A stretch of 64,000 bases of DNA from Octopus sinensis (Eukaryota), in assembly GCF_006345805.1 (NCBI RefSeq), contig NC_043015.1, positions 24,118,001 to 24,182,000 on the forward strand. The letters run 5' to 3'. Positions 52,390-64,000 of the stretch are shown here, one piece after another. The notes beneath the pieces were generated by a model. That model saw nothing but the letters and a program-made list of their open reading frames with translations. It was not told the origin of the DNA and searched no databases. Each line of letters opens with the position of its first letter. The stretch's first letter is position 1. Position numbers and translations under genes: made by a program.

Positions 52390-52465
<76 letters not shown>

Positions 52466-52939
52466 ATTGCTCTAAGCATGCACACCCATACATAAACATT
52501 ACGGAAATACATTTATGATTAAATAAATATATGATAGCTTCGTAAGTTTATATATATTTATATGCATATACATGAGCGCATATGTGTGTGTAGTTGTGTG
52601 ATTGTGTGTTTATGGTGTGTGTGTGTGTCTGTTAGCAGTGTAGTGCGCGTTCCTATACGTCGTTTCTTTTAATTATAGCTAAAGGCTTTGCTGAACATTA
52701 TCAAATAGAATGCTTGCTGGACTGTAAAACATACAGCAATTTTTTTTTATTCTATTTTCGAAGAGTCGAGAAATTTTATGTTATCAAACAGCGTAATAAA
52801 TATATTACACAAACGGATGAAATTATGATATCAATCAATCCTTTTGATATCAAAAGCCTGCTATATATTTGGAATGAATTCCTATTATATACACGCATAC
52901 ACTATACATATACATACATATAAGTTAAATATGCGCATG

Positions 52940-52985
<46 letters not shown>

Positions 52986-53759
52986 ATAAGTGTATATTAT
53001 AGATATATACATATTATATACATAAATATGTGTTTACATACATAAACATATATATATACACACATATGTATACATACATATATCTGTGAGTGCGTGTATG
53101 TTTACATATAAACCTATATATATATTGATATGTAAATACATGATCTCATCCTCATATATTGATAATAGATAGATTGATAGATAGATAGATGAAATGTATA
53201 TATATATTCACACCTCATAAGCATAGCAGTATGAAATTATATGTGTATTTCTATTTATGCATATACGTGTATGTGTCTGTGTATATCTATCTATCTATCT
53301 ATATATATATATATAATTAAAATAAGCAACAGGATATCCAGAGGTGATGCAGTACGACCGTTTCAAGCAGCTCCATTTAATTGAACAATGCAATCTTTAC
53401 ATTAGCTGCATAAGTAAATGAATATATAGAATTAATTAAATCAGTCGGATACATCTGTATAGTTTTACTTAAATCCTCTAAGTGGGTAAGAAGACAGACA
53501 AAGTCCATGCTGTTGTCAATTCAGCTTAGAAGCTACTAAGACATCAGGAAAAGATTTAGCGTTGTAAATTTTGGTATATACTCAAAATTATCCAAAATTT
53601 AACCTTTTTGGTTATATTTTCTGAATATTTTTCTTGATAGCCTTAAATTTTATTTTCATACAATATAAAAATATTGTTTAAATCATTCAACTATAGTACT
53701 CCATGATAATTGTTTGCCCTGTATTATCATCATTGGTTATAAAGTCTTGCTCCCTTAAC

Positions 53760-54000
53760 TGGTAATTAACATCTTGTTTTAAGATCTTACTTTACCAAAC
53801 CTCATTATAGTCAGTTACTTTATAATAATTCAAAATAATCTTGACAAATTTTATGACTATACCCACTCTGATTCTGACAACTCCCTTATACCCTTTCTTA
53901 ACAGACATCGCTCTATATTCTTAGATTTTGATATACAAAGATTTGATAAACAAGACTATAAATCAAAACCGGCACAAAAATTAGCGACAAGCTAGAACCC
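53760..54000 (+). mobile_element. possible Penelope RT relic
   Basis: DSDNSLIPFLN...DYKSKP resembles the PLE E.NN.LPFLD...YRKP segment. Confidence 0.3.
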
Positions 54001-55297
54001 TAACAAGTTTTTTTTCCTGATATCTTAGTAGCGGAGGAATTGGGAGTAGTAGATGGAGAACTTGGTGTGGGTAAGGTAGGAGGAGGGGAAGTTATATATC
54101 TCTCTCTATATATATATATATGTATAGTTAATCCAAAAAGAAGATAGTAAAACACAAGACAAATATAATAACGCGAGGAAGTGGTACATGCAAAGTATTA
54201 GCAGACGCTGAAGGAAGGAGAGAAAGGTTGTTTTACATTTCAATTAAAGCTCTTCGTCAGACACAAGAGACGGAGGAAAGTCCAAGGGAAAAAGACGGGG
54301 AGAGAAACATCGCCAACGATCCACATGTTGTTAAATTTTGAAATGCCCGGAAGGGAATGGGTGAAGAAAAAGTTTTTTCTAAGACAGGAGAGTGTAAAAG
54401 AAGGAGTATCTGTGTGTATGTATAAATATGTGCGTGCGCGCAGTGTGTATGTATAATAGCATGTGTATACGTGTATGTATATATATGTGTGCATTTATGT
54501 ATCCATTTTCCTGTCTTTCCTATGTGTATGTTTATACATACACATATATGTATATGTATGTTTATGCTTGAATGTGTTTGTATTTTGTACATACCTATAC
54601 ATATATATGTACACGTATATTTATATACATATGCATGCACACTCGTTTATACACATATATGAGTATCCTTCGTACATTTGTGTATATTTCTCCGTCTATT
54701 TGTGATGAATAGGATGTAAGTTACAATGTTTATTCTTTATTTAGAAGCTATTTCTCGATTTAATGTTTCGCCATGAACTTGCATAAGAGAACATACATTC
54801 TCATTCTCCTGACAGGGTCACATGTAACAATATTGCCACTTCATATTACTTTGCAGACAAATGAAAATAAAAGCAGAAGGATACGTCGACAGAAAAGACA
54901 ACTCAGTTTCTAAACGCTAAGAATTTTTTAGCAGCTGGCATGTTTAAAACGCCAGTTTCGAATCTACATAATTTCCCATTCGAACTTACCGCGAAGCACA
55001 CTTGGACAAGTGTTAGTTGCCATTCTTCCACGTCGGTCTAAAATTTAAGAGCGAAAATTAGCAGCCGTAATCACTATAAAGTCTTGAGTCTTCTTGGGTA
55101 TACTGGAGATCTTTTTTTGCACTTTAGTTTGCTAATAACTCTTTTCCTCCCAATTTGACACTTCGCGTATAGGAACTATTTAACTGTTAAGGCTGCGTGT
55201 GGGACGGTCGATATTAGTGACGCTGTCATTTTCATGAACCAGTGAGCTATTATGCATTCATGTCAAATGTTTAAAAGTCTTGTAATACCTGTATATA

Positions 55298-56918
55298 CAG
55301 TTGCGGCCAAAATGTTCAGAACGGCATTGTTTTCGTCAGAAAAGTAGATATAATATTTTATCAAAGTGATTTTATATTCTATAATTTTCACAGACAATAA
55401 ATACAATATTATGCATTATTGCCTGAAATTTTGGTGTAATTTGAGAGGATAATACAAAAGTTATGGATGATTTAGTGATTTACTGCAAAACCCATGGCGG
55501 CCGAAATGATCAGAACGGTTGCTTTTACTCCGTATTTTAGTATATTTAACCGGCGAACTCTAATGTTTTGAATTTGTTTACGTGATTGTTCGTTTACTAA
55601 ACATTACTAAGAATATTTGCAGTGTACTTTGTTAATATAATGCCACTTACTCCGTTACCAATTCGTCAGTAGATTATTAAGCTTCGAAGGAAGGATAATT
55701 TAAGTATTGGATCTATTGCAAAGATTGTTAACAAGTCAAAAAGTGTTGTACACGGTATTCTTAAGGTCTACGATTATTTGGTTCATGTGAAGCAAAAAAG
55801 TTTACAGGTAGGCCACGAAAAACGACCAAGAGAGAAGATCGTTCTATGGTAAAGTTGGTTAAAAAGGACAGATTTAAAACTGCTGCTGCTGTTTCTCGGA
55901 AAATGAGCATTGTATTGAAGAAAACTTTATCTCGAAAAACTGTGTCTCGTCGTTTAGTTGAACATGACCTACAAGCAAGAGCACCTGCAGTGAAGCCACT
56001 GATCACCTCCAAGAATAAAAAGTGTCGTCTTACCTTTGCAACCGAACATGTGTTGTGGTCTCAAGGAAAATGGCAAACGGTGCATTTCAGTGATGAATCT
56101 AAGTTTATGCTATTTGGCTCAGATGGGAAAAGGTACGTGCGTAGAAAAGTAGGTGAAAAATTGTCACCTAAATGCCTTAAGACTAGTGTTAAATTCGGTG
56201 GAGGAAGTGTCATGGTTTGGGGGATAATATCTGGAGATGGTGTGGGCCTTTTGGTGCGATTACATGGAAAGTAAAATGCAGGAGTTTATAAACAAAAGAT
56301 CATGTCTTGCCTGTGCTGAGAAATTCAACTAAGCGACCACCCATATTCATGCAGCACAATGCCCCATGTCACAAGGCTAAGGTGGTCATGAACTTCCTCA
56401 AGGCTGAAAATGTTATTGTTATGGATTGGCCTGCTCAAAGTCCAGATCTCAATCCTATTGAAAATGTATGGAATATTTTAGGAGAACGTTTGAAAGCCAG
56501 AAATCCTAAAACAACTGAGCAATTATTGAATGCCCTTCAGGAAGAATGGAATAAGATCACCCAGCAAGAAATTGAAAATTTAATTTCCTCATGCAGTTGA
56601 AGATGTCAGAGTGTGATTGAAGCTAAAGAGCTTCACACTAAATATTAAATACTTCCAGTATTCTCTGTCATTTTTGATTATTTTGTTATTGTTTCAACCG
56701 TTCTGATGATTTTGGCCGCCATGGGTTTTGCAGTAAATCGCTAAATCATCCATAACTTTTGTATTATCCTCTCAAATTACACCAAAATCTCGGACAATAA
56801 CAATTAATATTGTATTTATTGTCTGTGAAAATAATAGAATATAAATCTTCTTTGATAAAAACCAATACTTACTTTTCTGACGAAAACAATGCCGTTCTGA
56901 ACATTTTGGCCGCAACTG
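55298..56918 (+). mobile_element. Tc1 (DD34E) transposon with long IR/DR ends, inactive
   Basis: TA duplication and ~225-bp TIRs starting CAGTTGCGGCCAAAATGTTCAGAACGG, each with an inner copy of the ~20-bp repeat. Confidence 0.96.
55640..56648 (+). pseudogene. Tc1 transposase pseudogene
   Basis: GRPRK, FSDESKF, VMVWG, QHNAPCH (second catalytic D mutated to H), WPAQSPDLNPIENVW. Several stops and frameshifts. Confidence 0.95.
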
Positions 56919-58751
56919 TATAGTTACCACGCTCTCACAACTGTATCACATTGGAATATCGTCAATTTGGCGCATACATAGACTAAGTCTATACAAGGTG
57001 GTATGAAGGAACAGTTTTTTAACAATGGAAAAGGCAAAGGAAGATGTTGGAGAAGACAGAGGAGTGTGATTCGGGATGGAATCAGCTACAAAGATCGACG
57101 CAATAAGCTTTTTGTGAGGGAAAGGTGAACAGGGAATTCCTAGATCGACATCGTCTGTAGATTCGGCATGTACAGTAACTGTGCTTCATCCATCGGCAGA
57201 TTTATCACCACCGCCAAGCTATTCTGTGAAATTTAGTTGAATGTAAATTTCACAAACCAAATATTTGGTTTGGGGATGTAGCCATATGATCCTCTCATAA
57301 AGTAGGTTATGACACTCCATTATTTGGGGTAAGGATTGTAAGGAAGATATTTTCGTAAAATAGCAAGAATCCAGCAATAAAACAGGTATCGATCAACAAC
57401 TGAGCAACGGAGTGTTTGGGATTCGCAGAAGCGAAAACGAAGAAAGTTTTCTCATGAGAATCTGCCCGAACAATCATGAAGCGATGAATGCGAGATTTTG
57501 ATGAATTAAGAAGGAAACAAGAAGGATGAAAATCTCATACGACAGAATTTCTATAAGTCAAGCTACCAGATTAGAAAGGTGGATTTTTGGAGGAAGGGAA
57601 ATAAATAAATAAATAGAATTGGTGAAGCAATTTTAACTTTTAATCTTGTATCAGTTCCTATTAATGTAGACAGACCTCAATGCAAGGCCATAATTCATTG
57701 GCGAATTGTCTCCAGTCTCCAGTTATTAATTATCTCCCTTACACAAACCAATAGTGTTATTGAATTATAATAGCCTTTCAAAATAACATAATTATTTCTT
57801 ATAATACGTTGCTTTAACTTATTCACATAGAATAAACTTGTGTGTTAATGTGTGTTAGTGTCTGTCAGTCTGTATACACGTGTGTATGTATATGTATGTA
57901 TATGTGTAGGTGGGGTCAGCATAATTTATCTGAGAAAACTGTTCTGTAAAATAAAAGTATAACGATTCTATGATTCTCTCGTTACTCTTTCAACAAATAC
58001 GAAGAAGTTTATGGTTTGCTGAGACAGTCTAGAAATATTTAAGCATGTCTGGATTTGTAACCTTTAAGTTTTATATAGAGCGAAGCATATACCAGAATAT
58101 CTTTAATAACTTTAAATGCTTCAAAGCTACACTACTGTTAAATAAGAATGTAAACACATTTTTCCTATACTTTTGATGCGTGGTTGATTCTTCGAATAAT
58201 ACCCGTCAAATATACAAATATGTATATTACGCTATCTTTTAATGCTATGTATAATACCTGATGTGTGCTATTAAATAAATAACGGAAACAGGTACATCTC
58301 TTAAAGTAGTCAACGTTGAAACAGTCTATCAAGGGATTCCTTTACTTTTTTTACCTCATGTTAATATGATACAATTATCTTTACTTTCTTATTTCAACAA
58401 CATTGAGGTTTTATAGAATTTAATCCTTCTCTACAATATTTAAACAAGGAGGTTTTCAGTGTAAATAATCTGTTACGATGTATGTGAGACTTGTAGGAGA
58501 GAGAGAGAGAGAGAGAGAGAGCATTTTTATATTCAGTTTGGTGAACAAGATAGGTTTTTTACATGCAACAGAGTAACGCCCGATAATGACATCCAAGAAC
58601 CACGTAGTAGTGTTAAACCGAATGAATGATTTTTATCACACGAGTAATTCTCGGAGGGAATTTGAACTGATAATGCATGCAGCCAAACTAATACCGTAAA
58701 TGGTCTTGTCAGACGCCCAGACAGTATTGTTCAATCATTGCTCGAAACATA

Positions 58752-59163
58752 GGCGCAGGAGTGTCTGTGTGGTAAGTAGCTTGCTAAACAACCACATGGT
58801 TCCGGGTTCAGTCCCACTGCGTGGCATCTTGGGCAAGTGTCTTCTGCTATAGCCCCGGGCCGACCAATGCCTTGTGAGTGGATTTGGTAGACGGAAACTG
58901 AAAGAAGCCTGTCGTATATATGTATATATATATATGTATGTATGTATGTGTGTTTGTGTTTGTGTGTTTGTCCCCCTAGCATTGCTTGACAACCGATGCT
59001 GGTGTGTTTACGTCCCCGTCACTTAGCGGTTCGGCAAAAGAGACTGATAGAATAATTACCGGGCTTACAAAGAATAAGTCCCGGGGTCGATTTGATCGAC
59101 TAAAGGCGTTGCTCCAGCATGGCTGCAGTCAAATGATTGAATCAAGTAAAAGAGTAAAGAGTA
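58752..59163 (+). mobile_element. family B SINE, complete
   Basis: Head with A/B boxes, internal microsatellite, and tail ending AAGTAAAAGAGTAAAGAGTA. Confidence 0.9.
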
Positions 59164-60589
59164 ACTGGTCCTTTTAAGCGACCTTTCTTCCAACAATTTT
59201 AGGGCTATGAAATTCTCCAGTAGTTTTAAACAGATGTTTATTTCAAATCTGACGATGGACGATTTTATTTCCATCCTTTCTAGAAAGGATTAGTGGTGGG
59301 CACAAATGGACGGCTTAGAAAAGTTCTTGGACAAAATCTAGGCCTTGGCGAAGATCAACTTGATGGTTTGTGTTTGAACCGAAAATATCGAAGACCTATG
59401 AATAATTTCTACAAACCCTGATTGACGGCGCTATGAATGGCTATTGTAGGTTCGAGTTCGAGATGAACTCCCGGATACGGATGTACAGCGCAGAACAATG
59501 AAACTTTTCTGAGTGAAGAGAGCAATGCTTGAATGCAAGATAGACCAGGATATCAGCATAGCTCATTGTGAAGATGGTCCCACATCATTATTTTGACCTG
59601 GAGGGGTAAGCAGTTTACAATACTTCCTGGGAAATGACAGCCAACGTCGAAATTTCTATTTTTTAATCCAATAAATGCGAAATCAAATTCCATTCTTTTG
59701 ATGTTAAATAATTATTTTCTGAAAAATATTGACATATCTCAACTGAAAATAGTTTCAAACATGACCTACCTCAACGAAATATTGGTAAGAAAATAAAACT
59801 GTTTCCTGCAGTTAGGGTAATGAAACTTAAGTGACTTCCGCAGTAAAAGGGTTAAGATTTAATACCCCTCCAAATGCCGATTCTCAGACTAAGTTTAAAT
59901 ATTGTCATGTAAGCAACACATCATATTGTTCAGATCATATATTTACCAGATGGGTGTATATAGAAGATTTTCTTTTTTACAGTATTAGTCGGCGACACCG
60001 ATGCAGCATTCACGTTTTAAATTTAATAATCACTTTTAAAGAATGGACATTTTCAAACAGGAATAACTTGCTAACAGAATTAACAAGTGCCATCGGATAT
60101 AAACACTGCACTTTAAAGTGTTTCATAGCTACATAAAATAAAAGTTTTATACATTAGTCGTTAGATGTCTTCTAGCTACTGTCTTTGGTATCCTATTTTT
60201 TCTTTCTGTTTTTCAGAGGTTTGCTGCTAAGTGGATATATATATTTATCATATTTTTCTTTTTAACACACGATTACTTACCACTCGATAAATCTGACCAT
60301 GATATTTTATACTAAATATAAAGCATTATACACGAATAAATATTGTGTATCGTCTGCCTCTAATTTTAGGTCGAATAAAGTCAGATAATATCAATGATGT
60401 CCACAAGTTCACAAATGATAATGGTAGCTATCATTTTTGCTTGTTCCCTTTCCTTTGCAATTTCCTTTACCTCTTCTAACTTCTCCTCCTCTGCTTCCAC
60501 TTCGAGGAAGAGAGAGAGAGGGAAAAGGGAGAGAGGGTAGAGAGAGAGAGAGAACAATGCACTTTTTAAATTGTGCGGTCATGCGCATG

Positions 60590-60810
60590 CATATATTTCT
60601 TGATTGTCCACTGGGGTCTAAACATAGAGGGGACAAACAAGGACAGATTCGATGACATCGACCCCAATGCGTAACTGGTACGCATTTAATCGACCCCAAA
60701 AGGATCAAAGGCAAAGTCGACCTGGGGGGAATTTGAACTCAGAACATAAGGGCAGTCGAGGTACCGCTAAACATTTCGCCCAGAGTGCTATCGATTCTGC
60801 CTGCTCACCG
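60590..60810 (-). mobile_element. family A SINE monomer
   Basis: Reverse complement of ...TTCTGAGTTCAAATTCC...GTCGACTTTGCCTTT...GGGGTCGATG...AAGAAATA. Confidence 0.75.
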
Positions 60811-60959
60811 CCATATATTGTAACGTCTCACAAGGTTTTCAAGATGAAATTATTTTCGTTCAATTGCAGAATTTGATGGAATAATTTCATGATAAAGTCT
60901 AAAATGATACCCACTTAATTGTAGCCATCTTTGTAGTCAGTATGATATTTGAGCAGTGC

Positions 60960-61400
60960 AAACACCAAGAAAGACAAAGTTTGCGCACAAACAAATATTT
61001 GTGCAGACCTTCAACAAACATTTCAGGGAAACATTGCTTCCAAGCTCAATAAGATACAATACTACTCCAAAGCGGTGTACTGCTGAAGCTATTCGTAACT
61101 TTTTGAAGACAAGACTTCTTTAAGAATTCTTATTAGAATCCTGAGATTCTCTCACTGAAGCAGTTGTAAATTTCATTCATTGGTCTTACAATAGAATACA
61201 GGCAGTTTGTCGCTTCCTTCAAACGTTCCATGTTTCCCAAGATGGGGTGGGGGATGGTCAAATAGCTCCAGTTGTTAAGAAATGTGCTAACGAAATCCTT
61301 AAAACTTTGGACTTTTTCCGGCTTTTCATATTGTTACTTCTCAGTAAGTTATGGTAAATTTATCCGTATTATCCAACAAAATAATCTCATGCTTTGTAAA
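60960..61400 (+). mobile_element. possible Penelope RT relic
   Basis: QDGVGM...IAPVV resembles PLE QxxGxxMGSxxAP. Confidence 0.3.
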
Positions 61401-62145
61401 ATACAGTAGATACAAAGAAAGCTAGAATCTGCATTTGTGCTCTCACACGAATATTCCATGATAAGCACAGCACGAAGCGTTCATTAATAAAATCATGAAT
61501 AAAACCGTCGAACTGATGGCTGGAAAAGCAAAGAAGTAGTATTTCTTCAGCTGAATATTCTGAAGAATCTTACGATAAATTTAAACATTTTACTTTCCAA
61601 AAATAAATAAAGCCGTATCAACTCAATTGTAAAAAAATATTATTCTCTCAAAGAAAATCATAAACAAAACTGTCAAAAGAATATACAAAGAAGTGCAAAG
61701 AACATAATTTTCGAGGGAAATATTCAAAAGAATCAAATTATGCTTTTTTGGTTTATTAATTTGATCTTTATAGATGAAACAAATGTTAACATTTGCATTT
61801 ATATCTAGAGCTAGATGTAAAGGTTAGTAGTAAAACATTTTTTATATACATGTAAATATTCAACACGCTTCAAAACCTAATAATATGGTTAATAGACATA
61901 ACAATATGCTATAATACAAGTTACCTCATATTAGAGACACAAAAAGTTTCTACAAGTAATTTTCTTTCCTTTTCTTTTTACTTTATTATTATGGAGCGAA
62001 TAGCAAAATGCATAAACAAATGGAATGGGAATAAAATCAAGGAACACAAGATTTACAATACATAGTTTAAAATACCTTTGTTGTTATCGTTGATTGTTTC
62101 ATTGGGTAGCATTGTGGGACTATTCTCTCTCTCTCTCTCTCTCTC

Positions 62146-62199
<54 letters not shown>

Positions 62200-62235
62200 G
62201 CTGTGAGTGTGTGTACGTGTGTGTGTTTAGAGGAG

Positions 62236-62276
<41 letters not shown>

Positions 62277-62298
62277 TATATATAATATATATATATGT

Positions 62299-62343
<45 letters not shown>

Positions 62344-62454
62344 TGCATCCGAGGAGCGACGTGTAAATGAGAATGCTTAATTATAAGTTTATTGTTCAAG
62401 TAGTGAGAGGGTTCCGGAACTCTCTCTCTACTCGACTTACTTCCAACTTAAGAT

Positions 62455-63050
62455 ACAAATTCTACAGAAAAGTTGCTAACAGAAAACGTTTTGTCCACTA
62501 ACAATCAGCCTTACCCACATGAGCCAAAGCCGCACACATGAGAAATGAGATTGCATGTATAAACAACAATTGCAGCAGTGTCACCGACAAAGCTGACAAC
62601 ACCACACAGTTCCTAAGAGACCTAACCCAGAATGGCTACCCACCATCTTTAGCTAAACAACGGCGCCTGAAGAACATCAGGGTAAAAAAAAAACCGGAAG
62701 TACCATCATCCTCCCACGTCCGATACGAGCTTCCTAAAGCTACCACACTTTAGCGACAGAACTACTGTAGCGATACAACACAGCCCTTCCCTGAGAAAAG
62801 CTCCATCCAAGAACAACAAACCTCACTACTCTGAGGAGTGCACATCGTCGAACTGCCCCATCAATGACCCTGAATTGCGCGAGAGGACCAATGTCATATA
62901 TGAGATCATCTGTGGCAAACGTGGCGCATCTTACATTGGAAGCACGACCGGGAATTCACAGTGCACATCAACGCAACACAGTGGAATAGGGGCAACCTTA
63001 GAATCCCTGAGGCTATCTTCATACACCAAAAAAACCCTAAGATCAACAAT
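62455..63050 (+). mobile_element. Penelope-like element relic (RT C-terminus and GIY-YIG)
   Basis: YRK...LTQNGYP and NVIYEIICGKRGASYIGST (GIY-YIG signature). Confidence 0.75.
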
Positions 63051-63697
63051 AGAAGATAGTTGTATATATGTTTTTTTTGCTTAGAAGCAAGATGCAATGC
63101 TAAATAATTTTCGACTTTAGCCAAATACAACGATTAATTCCTTGATAGAGTACCCACTTAAATGGAGTGATGATACACAAGGTGATTTGATGGCATAAAA
63201 TCATTATAAATAGTAGTAATGGGGAGATGCATTTCTTCTTATATGTTACGTGGAATTGAAACGTACGTATTAATTGCTTCCAGAATATCATTATATATTT
63301 TGATTTCATTATTACAATATATATTAGAATATATATATATATATACATACATCTAAGTTCTCATTGTGATAGAGTTCCCGTTCAACACTCTTCGGTCGAA
63401 TAGTCATTTCCAGCTCGGTATTTACTTCGCAAATTCACAATTCTACGCTTAGCCAATCGCAGTGAAATGCTCAAGCAACAATCACGTGGTGTTTTACGTA
63501 AGGATTAATATTCTGTTTAATGTGCGAGTAAATTTAACAATGCTGTTGCTATCGCACGGTAAAAATTTTCTTTTGGAATACATTATCGTTCAAATATTAT
63601 TATGCATTGCACTTAGAGTGATCAAAAACGGAGCTACGTTGGATTTTGTTCTTCTTGCATTGGTTAATATACGCACGCGCTTACACACACATGCAGC

Positions 63698-63733
<36 letters not shown>

Positions 63734-63910
63734 TGTATGTATGTATAGTTATAGAATAGTTCATCACTGTTACCCAACGAAACAATCAACGAAAACGAGA
63801 TATATGTATAAAGATAGATAAATTGTGAGATGGAGGGATGGGTAGACAGACCTTTTAAATGACACGGAATATATAAACACACAAAGATCATTCGCATACG
63901 AGTGATATAT

Positions 63911-63958
<48 letters not shown>

Positions 63959-64000
63959 GGATATCTATGCGGGAATGTATGTATGCATTTACGTGTTCAT

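Noticed and set aside
58752-58830. tRNA gene
   Set aside because: A/B boxes belong to a SINE head. There is no complete cloverleaf or poly-T terminator.

Overview
AT-rich, microsatellite-saturated eukaryotic DNA that is mostly transposon debris. The mix of tRNA-derived SINE families, RTE/CR1/R4/Tx1 LINEs, Penelope-like GIY-YIG relics, Tc1/mariner elements and long (TA)n/(CA)n arrays looks like octopus (coleoid cephalopod) genomic DNA. That is an inference from recognition, not a database result. No intact host gene, tRNA, rRNA or CRISPR array is supported. The only host-like coding signals are a Ser-rich candidate terminal exon (12974-13164, -) and a few weak orphan exons. Best-supported elements: a near full-length RTE LINE (23287-27110, -), a mariner (43714-44973), an IR/DR-type Tc1 (55298-56918), a CR1-group LINE 3' fragment, the 5' half of a Tx1/L1-like LINE, a ~983-bp tandem duplication of a Penelope-type GIY-YIG end, mariner-derived MITEs and many SINEs. 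All coding elements carry inactivating lesions. The most unusual features are: (i) repeated fold-back inverted duplications, including a spacer-less 216-bp palindrome and an ~845-bp palindrome, several ending in (TA)n; (ii) at least eight hammerhead-ribozyme-like motifs, one nearly intact; (iii) a structure-conserving covariation between a LINE 3' tail and a SINE 3' tail. Most ORFs in the supplied track are microsatellite or antisense artefacts. Boundaries of decayed elements are approximate.
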